A DNA stretch of 38,513 bases from an uncultured Piscirickettsiaceae bacterium (GTDB lineage Bacteria; Pseudomonadota; Gammaproteobacteria; PS1; Pseudothioglobaceae), in the NCBI GenBank assembly GCA_964510245.1, contig CAZEAO010000001.1, forward strand, positions 1 through 38,513. The letters are read 5' to 3'. The notes under the pieces were generated by a model, which worked only from the letters and a program-made list of their open reading frames with translations, was not told where the DNA came from and made no database searches. Position 1 is the first letter of the stretch, and the number at the start of each line of letters is the position of its first letter. Positions 31,701 through 38,513 of the stretch are shown here, piece by piece. Both the position numbers and the translations under genes were made by a program.

Positions 31701-31910
31701 ACGTAAAGAGTCAATAATCCGATGTTTTAGCTCATCAACTGCTCTATTAGTGAATGTCATTACAAGGATATTTTCGGGCTCATCTGAGCAACCGAGCAAT
31801 TTCAAATATCTTTGTGTAATAAGTTCTGTTTTTCCTGAGCCTGCTGGCGCTTGAACAATGAATGAGTCTCCAATATTTAGGGCTTCATCCCTTTGTTTTT
31901 GATCATTCAC
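28734..31910 (-). CDS. AddA/RecB-like UvrD helicase with C-terminal PD-(D/E)xK nuclease
   Basis: Motifs [34 protein letters not shown] and YVAMSRAK; nuclease IDRL...IIDFKT. Confidence 0.9.
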   Translation of the reverse strand: MNDQKQRDEALNIGDSFIVQAPAGSGKTELITQRYLKLLGCSDEPENILVMTFTNRAVDELKHRIIDSLRQAKNQPPKEAHKLKTFNLASQVLSQSKKRGWNLIYHPSRLKIITIDSLSNLIVSKFPSLEQLIPPRTIVDSFESEIIYRQAAEDTLLLIEDDEYKPVISSVLLYLDNHVDRFYRLIEQMLSKREQWLPKIYSTGALDINHLEEFSRELIVNHLKDLRVKAQEILRPKFFQLLQVNKKEDISKITKPPGVTSDDLQEWKIISNLLITKSNGDWRKRVDKKIGFPAELKKEKALFLKILEGLDSELEFKKMLINLDNLPSPNFQESTKKSISDIAQVLKLSVAKLKIIFDQEVIQDFPEVNFQAINALDGRGEISDIALLLDYQIKHILIDEFQDTSYSQLNLIERLVQGWQQDEGKTIFCVGDPMQSIYKFRESQVGIFIDAASNGIGNLQIKPLALNTNFRSNKSIVETNNEIFSEIFPQSDDLITGAIQYFDSYSFSNVEQNNAVSFQPFGPNQDLEEAEKVHTIISHSLLDNPEKEIAILVRSRSHLDEISVVLQKNNISFESLKTETLRSNLFTRDLLSLSRALLSLSDKLAWLSLLRSPWCGIRLSDLLIISRSNDQTIFSQLMNLDTLQGLSTDGIQRGTYIYQATRDAIFSESKFSFVERFSFVLSQLFNENELTNIERTIKTQFLELLNRCELNQNLNTKTIQSMLQDLYAPSQPSNIKLMTIHQSKGLEFDTVIIPGIGKKGRSDNLPIMQIQEFPNNMVLLSPIKPSYESEEDETYLYLQKLKKQQSHFELMRLLYVAMSRAKNKVYLLGGVSKNGKAAQGSFLSLLSSYYEESLDFDNEMNQQELDKLVAPKLIRVKTLSPLLINDISNTDENTNYPKTFDLIYKSTLGTIVHHYLELAEFTPSPLAVETRLREKGVPSKLLQSFSDSILDILSNTRRDINFEWIFKYRPTTEVEAEYSISNQTVIIDRLFVEDGTLWIIDFKTASLNKGETINEFIERQRLSHQSQIEEYRIVLKDFFKIPSRAAIYCPAVSQLILL

Positions 31911-33655
31911 ATCGTTTCTGGAGCACTTACTCCAAGAATAGAGAGTCCGTTTATCAGAATTTGTCTTGTAGCATGGATTAATGATAATCTCGCTTGTGTA
32001 AGTTCTTTATCCTCTAAGATAAACTTACAAGCGTTATAGTAGCTATGGAACTGAGTTGAGAGATCTCTAAGATAATACGCAAGTTGATGAGGTTCATATT
32101 GAATGGCTGATGATTCTACAACGCTCTTATATCGACTCAGCTCTCTTAAAATATTTTTTTCAATCTCTCCTGTTAATAAAGATAAATTAGCTTCGTCATT
32201 ATCAAAGACAATCTCTTTTTCATTTGCTTGCCTAAAAACTGAACAAATACGCGCGTGGGCATACTGAATATAATAAACTGGATTCTCATTTGTTTTAGAT
32301 TTAGCCAAATCTAAATCAAAATCCATATGCTGCTCGGATTTTCTTAGAACATAAAAAAAACGAGCCGCATCATTTCCTACCTCTTTTCTAAGGTCTTCCA
32401 GTGTAACAAAAGATCCGCTTCGAGTCGACATCTGAACCTTATTGCCTCCCCTATATAGGTTTGCAAACTGCACCAATAATATCTCTAGTTTGTTTGGTTT
32501 GTAGCCTAATGCTTCTATCGAAGCTTTGACTCTGGGAATGTATCCATGATGATCTGCACCCCATACATTTATGATCTTATCATAGCCTCTCTCAAACTTC
32601 TCAAGATGGTAAGCAATGTCTGAAGCGAAGTAAGTATGGTTTCCATTATCACGAACCACAACACGATCCTTCTCATCACCATAGGCTGTCGTCTTAAACC
32701 ATAATGCTCCATCTTTCTCATATAATTTTTTGCCATCCTTTAGTTTTGTGATGCATATCTCAGAAAGACCATTATCAATCAGCGATTGCTCGGAAAACCA
32801 TTTTTCAAAGACAACTCCAAATTCAGCCAAATCATCTTTAATACCGCTCAAGATACTTTCAATGCCTGCACTAAAAATAGACTTAAAGCTTTTGCCTAAT
32901 AAAGATTTAGATTTAGCGATTAATTCATCAATATGTGACTCCTTATCTCCACCCTCTGAGCCATCTTTACATATATTTTCAAAAACCAAGTCAGAATTCT
33001 GATGAAACTCAAGCCCACTATTTTTATAAATTTCGTTAGCAATATCATTAATATAACTCCCTTGGTATCCGTTATCAGGAAATCTTAAAGTTTCACCACA
33101 AAGAGACAAGTAGCGCAGATAAATACTTACAGTTAAAATGTCCATTTGCCTACCAGCATCATTCACATAATATTCATTATCAACCTTAAATCCAGCATTT
33201 CTTAATAAATTAGATACTGTTGCACCATAGGCCGCCCCTCTTCCATGACCAACATGAAGTGGTCCGGTTGGATTTGCAGAAACATACTCTAAAAGTACGC
33301 TTTGTCCTGCACCAATTTCTGACCTACCATACATTGCGCCTTGATCAATAATCTCCTTGACAATTGAAGTGCTTGATTCATCTGAAATAAAGAAGTTAAT
33401 GAAACCTGGGCCTGCAATTTCTGTTTTTTTAATAAAGCTTGTCTCTCCTAATTGATCAAGAATTATTTTTGCCAATTCGAGTGGACTAGTTTTAGCTTGT
33501 TTTGAGAGCGCTAATGCTATATTGGTGGCATAGTCACCATGACTTTTGTCTTTTGTGTGATCAACTCTGACTTTCGAAGGCATTTCAGTAAGAAGGCCCT
33601 TCTTAATTAAGTCCTGAATACACTTTTTAAGTAAATCTTGTAATTGCTCTTTCAT
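31907..33655 (-). CDS. argS: arginine--tRNA ligase
   Basis: [12 protein letters not shown] (HIGH motif), MSTRSG and YIQYAHAR. Confidence 0.97.
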   Translation of the reverse strand: MKEQLQDLLKKCIQDLIKKGLLTEMPSKVRVDHTKDKSHGDYATNIALALSKQAKTSPLELAKIILDQLGETSFIKKTEIAGPGFINFFISDESSTSIVKEIIDQGAMYGRSEIGAGQSVLLEYVSANPTGPLHVGHGRGAAYGATVSNLLRNAGFKVDNEYYVNDAGRQMDILTVSIYLRYLSLCGETLRFPDNGYQGSYINDIANEIYKNSGLEFHQNSDLVFENICKDGSEGGDKESHIDELIAKSKSLLGKSFKSIFSAGIESILSGIKDDLAEFGVVFEKWFSEQSLIDNGLSEICITKLKDGKKLYEKDGALWFKTTAYGDEKDRVVVRDNGNHTYFASDIAYHLEKFERGYDKIINVWGADHHGYIPRVKASIEALGYKPNKLEILLVQFANLYRGGNKVQMSTRSGSFVTLEDLRKEVGNDAARFFYVLRKSEQHMDFDLDLAKSKTNENPVYYIQYAHARICSVFRQANEKEIVFDNDEANLSLLTGEIEKNILRELSRYKSVVESSAIQYEPHQLAYYLRDLSTQFHSYYNACKFILEDKELTQARLSLIHATRQILINGLSILGVSAPETM

Positions 33656-33767
33656 ATAGCTTAGCTAGTGATTTCTTTTCTATTTCAGGATGCTATTTTA
33701 ATTTATCTGATTATCAGACCAGTACAATTATACTTTTAGCAACAAAATGAAAGTATTAACATTATAG

Positions 33768-36500
33768 TTAATGAGCCTCTTGCCAATTTGACCCAATCCC
33801 AATATCCACTTCAAGAGGTATACTAAGTTTTAAAGCGTTAGACATCAAGCTCTTTATGTATTTTGAATACTCGTCTGCTTTTTCTTCTTGAAGCTCAAAA
33901 ACAAGCTCATCATGCACTTGCATGAACATCTTAATCTCATAACCCTCTTTATCAATCCAAGCCTGAATATCGAGCATCGCTTTTTTTATGATATCTGCTG
34001 ATGAACCCTGCATAGGAGCATTAATTGCCGTTCTCAATGCATGCTGCTGCAACATTTTATTTTTTGAGTTAATTTGAGGGAGATAAAGCCTTCTTCCTAA
34101 AACCGTTTCTACATATCCTTGAGACTTTGCCTTGTCTTTTGTTTCCTCCATAAATTTTAAAACACCCGGGTAATTTTCAAAATAGTCGTCTATATATTGC
34201 CTAGCTTCTGTCCTAGAAACATTAATCTGCTTAGCTAAACCAAATGCACTCATTCCATAGATTAAACCAAAATTAATTGCCTTAGCTTTTCGACGTTGAT
34301 CTTTGGTGACCTTTGATATGTCGGTGTTAAAAACTTGTGAAGCCGTTGAACGATGAACATCCTCATTATTATTAAATGCCTCAATTAATCTCCTATCCCC
34401 TGAGATGTGCGCCATAATCCTTAACTCAATTTGAGAATAATCTGCCGCCAGAATCACATTTCCCTTATCCGCAATAAATGCAGATCTGATTTTTGCCCCT
34501 TGCTCAGTCCTTATTGGAATATTTTGAAAATTAGGCTTTGAAGATGAAAGCCTACCAGTTGCAGTTACTGCTTGGTGATAAGAGGTATGAAGACGACCAG
34601 TTCTTCTGTTTATTTGTCTTGGTAATGCTTCTAAGTATGTGGAATTTAATTTTGTTAAGGTTCTATAGGACAATATAAGATTAACCAAAGGATGGTCTAA
34701 CAACTTTAAGGCTTCTTCATTTGTCGACGGTTGACCTTTAGCTGTTTTCTTTTTAGGCTCAAGACCAAGTCCCTCCTCACTGAACAAAATTTGTTGGATT
34801 TGCTTTGGTGACTCTAAATTGAATTCTTCTCCTGCAATTTCATATGCCTTTGATTGAATTTTCATCATTTCAGTTTTAATCTCATTTTGCTGAATAAAGA
34901 GAGATGCTTCATCTAAAAGTGCACCATTTCTCTCAAGACTCAACATGACTTTTATCAAAGGAATTTCTATAGTTTTATATAGCGCTAATAACTTTGGGTA
35001 GTCCTGTAATTTTGATTCAAATAAATTATTAAGCTCATTAGTAATAATGACATCTTCACATGCATAGGGCATGGCTTCTTCAATATTAACTTGATTAAAT
35101 GTCAGTTGCTTTTTTCCACTCCCAGCTACATCAGAATAATGAATAGTTTGATAGTCTAGATAGTGAAGTGCTAAATCATCCATATTGTGTCGACTCGCTA
35201 CTGAATCTAGACAATAGGATTTGAGCATTGTATCGTCAATAATGCCATTTAATTTAACATTAACGTTTGCTAAAACATGGGCATCATACTTTAAGTTTTG
35301 CCCAATCTTCCCAATTGTTGAGCTTTCCAAAATAGGCTTTAAAGCTGATAAGACATTAGACCTAGAGAGTTGAACAGGCGCATCCAAATAGTCATGAGCA
35401 ACAGGCAAATAATAACTATTCTTTTCTAATAAAAATACGAATCCAACAATTTGTGCCTCCATATAATCAAGGCTATTGGTTTCTAAATCAAAAACAAAAG
35501 ATTTACTGGAAGAGAGCTTTGAGAGTAAACTCGCGAAATCATTTTCACTTAGAATAACTGTTTTTGAATAGTCATTTAAAGAGATACTTTCATTATTTTT
35601 CTTTAGTTCTTGCGCTACTTGCTCTTTTGACTGTTCTATCCCTGAGTTTCGTTTATCACCTAATTGCTTTAGCCACATGTCGAATCCATATTCTTTGTAG
35701 AGGTCTATTAATTCTTCAGTGTTTTCTCCAGGCTCGTCTTTCAGAATATCAAAAGGGAGTTCAACATCAAATTTAAGCTGAACTAATTGATATGAAAGAT
35801 CTAACGACTCAAAAGACTCTCTGAGCTTTTCTCCAACCTTGCCACCAATCTTATCTGCATTTGCTTTTATACCTTCTATGTCGTTATATTGCTCAAGCCA
35901 CTTTGCTGCGGTCTTTGGACCTACACTTGGAACGCCAGGTATATTATCTGAAGAGTCTCCTGTCAAAGCCAATAAATCTAGAATTTGACTGGGCTTAACG
36001 CCCATTTTATCCACAACATCACTCTCAGAAAATAGCTTTCCTTTCATATCTAATTGCTTGATATTTTCACCAACTAACTGAAAAAGATCTTTGTCTCCAC
36101 TAGCAATAATGGTTTCGATGCCTTTTTCATTTGTAAATTTTGATATAGTGGCTATAACATCATCAGCCTCAACACCGTCTTCACATAAAAAATGAAACCC
36201 CATAGCCCGTATAATTTTATATAAAGGCTCAATCTGAACAATTAAGTCATCGTGGGCTGGACTTCTATTTGCTTTGTACTCTGGAAAAATTTGATGACGA
36301 AAGTTGGTACCTTTGGCATCAAAAATCATAATTAGTTTCGCCCCTTGATACTTTCTCTGCAAGTGCTTGATTGCATTAATTACTCCAAACATTGCACCTG
36401 TAGGAAATCCACTATCATTAGTAAGGTTTTGAGAAATCATTGAAAAGTATGAACGGAATAAAAATGCTGTTCCGTCGACTAAAATGAGTGGCTGATTCAT
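33768..36500 (-). CDS. polA: DNA polymerase I
   Basis: 5'-3' exonuclease (EADD, GDSSDNIPG), 3'-5' exonuclease DLET, and polymerase motifs ADYSQIELR, KAINFGLIYG and VHDE. Confidence 0.98.
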   Translation of the reverse strand: MNQPLILVDGTAFLFRSYFSMISQNLTNDSGFPTGAMFGVINAIKHLQRKYQGAKLIMIFDAKGTNFRHQIFPEYKANRSPAHDDLIVQIEPLYKIIRAMGFHFLCEDGVEADDVIATISKFTNEKGIETIIASGDKDLFQLVGENIKQLDMKGKLFSESDVVDKMGVKPSQILDLLALTGDSSDNIPGVPSVGPKTAAKWLEQYNDIEGIKANADKIGGKVGEKLRESFESLDLSYQLVQLKFDVELPFDILKDEPGENTEELIDLYKEYGFDMWLKQLGDKRNSGIEQSKEQVAQELKKNNESISLNDYSKTVILSENDFASLLSKLSSSKSFVFDLETNSLDYMEAQIVGFVFLLEKNSYYLPVAHDYLDAPVQLSRSNVLSALKPILESSTIGKIGQNLKYDAHVLANVNVKLNGIIDDTMLKSYCLDSVASRHNMDDLALHYLDYQTIHYSDVAGSGKKQLTFNQVNIEEAMPYACEDVIITNELNNLFESKLQDYPKLLALYKTIEIPLIKVMLSLERNGALLDEASLFIQQNEIKTEMMKIQSKAYEIAGEEFNLESPKQIQQILFSEEGLGLEPKKKTAKGQPSTNEEALKLLDHPLVNLILSYRTLTKLNSTYLEALPRQINRRTGRLHTSYHQAVTATGRLSSSKPNFQNIPIRTEQGAKIRSAFIADKGNVILAADYSQIELRIMAHISGDRRLIEAFNNNEDVHRSTASQVFNTDISKVTKDQRRKAKAINFGLIYGMSAFGLAKQINVSRTEARQYIDDYFENYPGVLKFMEETKDKAKSQGYVETVLGRRLYLPQINSKNKMLQQHALRTAINAPMQGSSADIIKKAMLDIQAWIDKEGYEIKMFMQVHDELVFELQEEKADEYSKYIKSLMSNALKLSIPLEVDIGIGSNWQEAH

Positions 36501-36615
36501 ATTTAAATTTTACATCTAAACTCAGTTTTGATTCTTAGAAACTAGATTATGAATTTAACATATCAATCTTTTTATTTTGAACTTGATTATATTAATTGTT
36601 AGATAAAATACACTA

Positions 36616-37335
36616 ATGCCAGATGCTCTTATAACTCTTAATAATATATGCCTTAGTCATAATGGCAAAAATATTCTTGATGATGTAAGTTTTACACTCC
36701 ATCAAGGAGAATTTATTACTCTTATTGGTCCAAATGGTGCGGGAAAAAGTTCATTAATTAAAATTCTATTGGGTGTCATTAGGCAAGACTCTGGGAATAT
36801 AGACTATAAAGGCGAAATAAGACTTGGTTATACGCCACAAACCTTTACAGCAAATCCTTATATACCAATATCTGTCAAAGACTTTCTTACTTTAAATCAG
36901 AAACTCGATATGTTATTTATGCAGCAAACTTTTGAGTTGACAGGAATAAACGAATTACTTAAATCGCCACTCAAAAATCTTTCTGGTGGCGAACTACAAA
37001 AAGTTTTGTTAACTAGAGCTCTTCTTAGTAAGCCAAATGTATTAGTATTGGATGAGCCAGCTCAAAACTTAGATGTTGATGGGCAAATGCAGCTATATAA
37101 ACTAATTCAAAACATACATCAACAGCAGAATTGTGCAGTTCTAATGGTATCTCATGATCTTCATCGAGTTATGAAAGAGTCAACTCAGGTTATATGTTTA
37201 TATCACCATATCTGTTGTGAAGGCCTCCCAGAATCAATTTTAAAAGATGCAAAATTTAATGATCTATTTGCAGATCAAATCAATGAACTAATGACAACTT
37301 ATGAACATCATCATAACCATCAACATGAACATTAG
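36616..37335 (+). CDS. znuC: zinc ABC transporter ATP-binding protein
   Basis: Motifs GPNGAGKS, LSGGE, LDEP, VSHDL and ICCEG; His-rich C-terminal tail. Confidence 0.85.
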   Translation: MPDALITLNNICLSHNGKNILDDVSFTLHQGEFITLIGPNGAGKSSLIKILLGVIRQDSGNIDYKGEIRLGYTPQTFTANPYIPISVKDFLTLNQKLDMLFMQQTFELTGINELLKSPLKNLSGGELQKVLLTRALLSKPNVLVLDEPAQNLDVDGQMQLYKLIQNIHQQQNCAVLMVSHDLHRVMKESTQVICLYHHICCEGLPESILKDAKFNDLFADQINELMTTYEHHHNHQHEH

Positions 37336-37357
37336 ATAGTCTAAAAACTCATGCAAA

Positions 37358-37366
37358 TGGTATAAT
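37358..37366 (+). promoter_or_regulatory. extended -10 promoter for dapD
   Basis: TGgTATAAT ending 26 nt before the ATG. Confidence 0.6.
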
Positions 37367-37392
37367 CCCACCTTTTTTTCAAGTAACCAATT

Positions 37393-38208
37393 ATGAAAGA
37401 TATAATCGAATCGGCTTTTGAGGACAGAAACCATCTAACTCCTGATACTGCTAGCTCTGAAGTCAAAGAGGCAGTCAATGAAGCAATACATCTGCTCGAT
37501 ACCGGAAAAGCCAGAGTTGCGGAACAAAATGGTGTCGGAGATTGGCAAGTTAATGAATGGCTCAAAAAGGCGGTTCTTCTCTCATTTAGACTTGCAGACA
37601 ATATCTCTATGCAAGCTGGGTTTACACAATACTTTGACAAAGTCCCGTCTAAATATGCTGAGACAACTGAAAAGGAATTTCAAGCTTCAGGTGTTAGAGT
37701 AGTCCCTCCTGCAACTGCGAGAAAAGGCTCATATGTTGCCCCTAATACTGTTTTAATGCCTTCTTATGTAAATATAGGTGCATACGTAGACTCAGGAACA
37801 ATGGTTGACACATGGGCAACAGTAGGCTCTTGTGCTCAAATTGGCAAAAATGTACACCTCTCTGGTGGTGTTGGTATTGGAGGTGTTCTTGAGCCATTAC
37901 AGGCCAGCCCAACGATTATTGAAGATGATTGTTTTATTGGTGCAAGGTCAGAAGTAGTAGAAGGTGTCATTGTCGAAGAAGGAGCAGTTATATCAATGGG
38001 GGTTTATATTGGTCAATCTACAAAAATCTTTAACAGAATGACTGGTGAAGTCAGTTATGGACGCATTCCTGCTGGATCAGTAGTGGTCTCAGGAAACCTT
38101 CCATCTTCAGATGGAAGCTATTCACTTTACTGTGCTGTTATAGTTAAGCAGGTTGACGCCAAAACAAGATCCAAAGTGGGAATTAACGAGCTACTCCGAG
38201 GCATTTAA
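37393..38208 (+). CDS. dapD: tetrahydrodipicolinate N-succinyltransferase
   Basis: Motifs [15 protein letters not shown] and [13 protein letters not shown]; hexapeptide repeats. Confidence 0.97.
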   Translation: MKDIIESAFEDRNHLTPDTASSEVKEAVNEAIHLLDTGKARVAEQNGVGDWQVNEWLKKAVLLSFRLADNISMQAGFTQYFDKVPSKYAETTEKEFQASGVRVVPPATARKGSYVAPNTVLMPSYVNIGAYVDSGTMVDTWATVGSCAQIGKNVHLSGGVGIGGVLEPLQASPTIIEDDCFIGARSEVVEGVIVEEGAVISMGVYIGQSTKIFNRMTGEVSYGRIPAGSVVVSGNLPSSDGSYSLYCAVIVKQVDAKTRSKVGINELLRGI

Positions 38209-38226
38209 AGTCAACCCTATTCAGAT

Positions 38227-38260
38227 AATAAAAAACCCGCCAATAGGCGGGTTTTTTATT
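38227..38260. terminator. bidirectional rho-independent terminator
   Basis: Perfect inverted repeat AATAAAAAACCCGCC-aata-GGCGGGTTTTTTATT between convergent genes. Confidence 0.92.
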
Positions 38261-38277
38261 GAGTTAATATGCTATTG

Positions 38278-38496
38278 TTACCTGGTATAGATTTTGTATA
38301 TTAACCCCGCAGCAATCAGCCCTACTAGATTAGCAGATCCCATCGCATTAATAATAGCAAGTAAGTGACCAGTTACATCACCAGGAAGGAATGCAGCGTC
38401 AGCGCCAAAGATTATTTGAACAACTACAGCAAGTGCAATTACTGCTACACCAGCTTCTGTTAATTTTTTTGCCCAACCAATTACGTTGTCTAACAT
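38278..38496 (-). CDS. 72-aa hydrophobic small membrane protein of unknown function
   Basis: GGAG SD upstream of the ATG, two hydrophobic helices, and a strong terminator downstream. Confidence 0.8.
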   Translation of the reverse strand: MLDNVIGWAKKLTEAGVAVIALAVVVQIIFGADAAFLPGDVTGHLLAIINAMGSANLVGLIAAGLIYKIYTR

Positions 38497-38513
38497 ATCT
38501 TCTCTCCATTTGT

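Noticed and set aside
33706-33718. Palindrome TCTGAT-T-ATCAGA upstream of argS
   Set aside because: It is short and single, with no associated regulator, so it is plausible by chance
36501-36615. Zur box upstream of znuC
   Set aside because: No convincing GAAATGTTATA-N-TATAACATTTC-like palindrome was found
37341-37640. 99-aa ORF antisense to dapD, and similar shadow ORFs (735-1028, 13407-13763, 18051-18413, 24773-25057, 32730-33002 and others)
   Set aside because: They overlap well-conserved genes, mostly as antisense codon mirrors, and have no recognisable motifs
1-38513. CRISPR array, IS/prophage/integrase, tRNA, mature rRNA
   Set aside because: I saw no spaced repeats, transposase or integrase ORFs, or cloverleaf motifs; only the rrn leader falls inside the window

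Overview
This AT-rich, tightly packed stretch of chromosome comes from a streamlined gammaproteobacterium. Gene content and scrambled operons suggest a marine SUP05/Thioglobus-like lineage, which is an inference. The left edge carries the promoter and antitermination leader (boxA/boxC) of an rRNA operon on the - strand. Most of the window is housekeeping genes: mnmE, gshA, a Nudix/ThiE fusion, glutaredoxin, yaaA, gltB, folA, maf, mfd, a PfkB kinase, ispH, accD, trpA, hemE, rpmE, bolA, pit, DUF47, arsC, glmU, metC, an AddA/RecB-like helicase-nuclease, argS, polA, znuC and dapD. I saw no mobile element, CRISPR array or tRNA. The best candidates for something undescribed are: (i) a small winged-helix regulator plus a stand-alone MASE1-like membrane protein behind a structured leader with an anti-Shine-Dalgarno (14727-15776); (ii) a TauD-family gene split at a T-TTT-TTA heptamer; (iii) an 8-bp tandem repeat at the ispH/kinase junction, where loss of one unit would fuse the genes; (iv) a pseudoknot-like leader before metC; and (v) a 72-aa hydrophobic protein with a clear SD and terminator.
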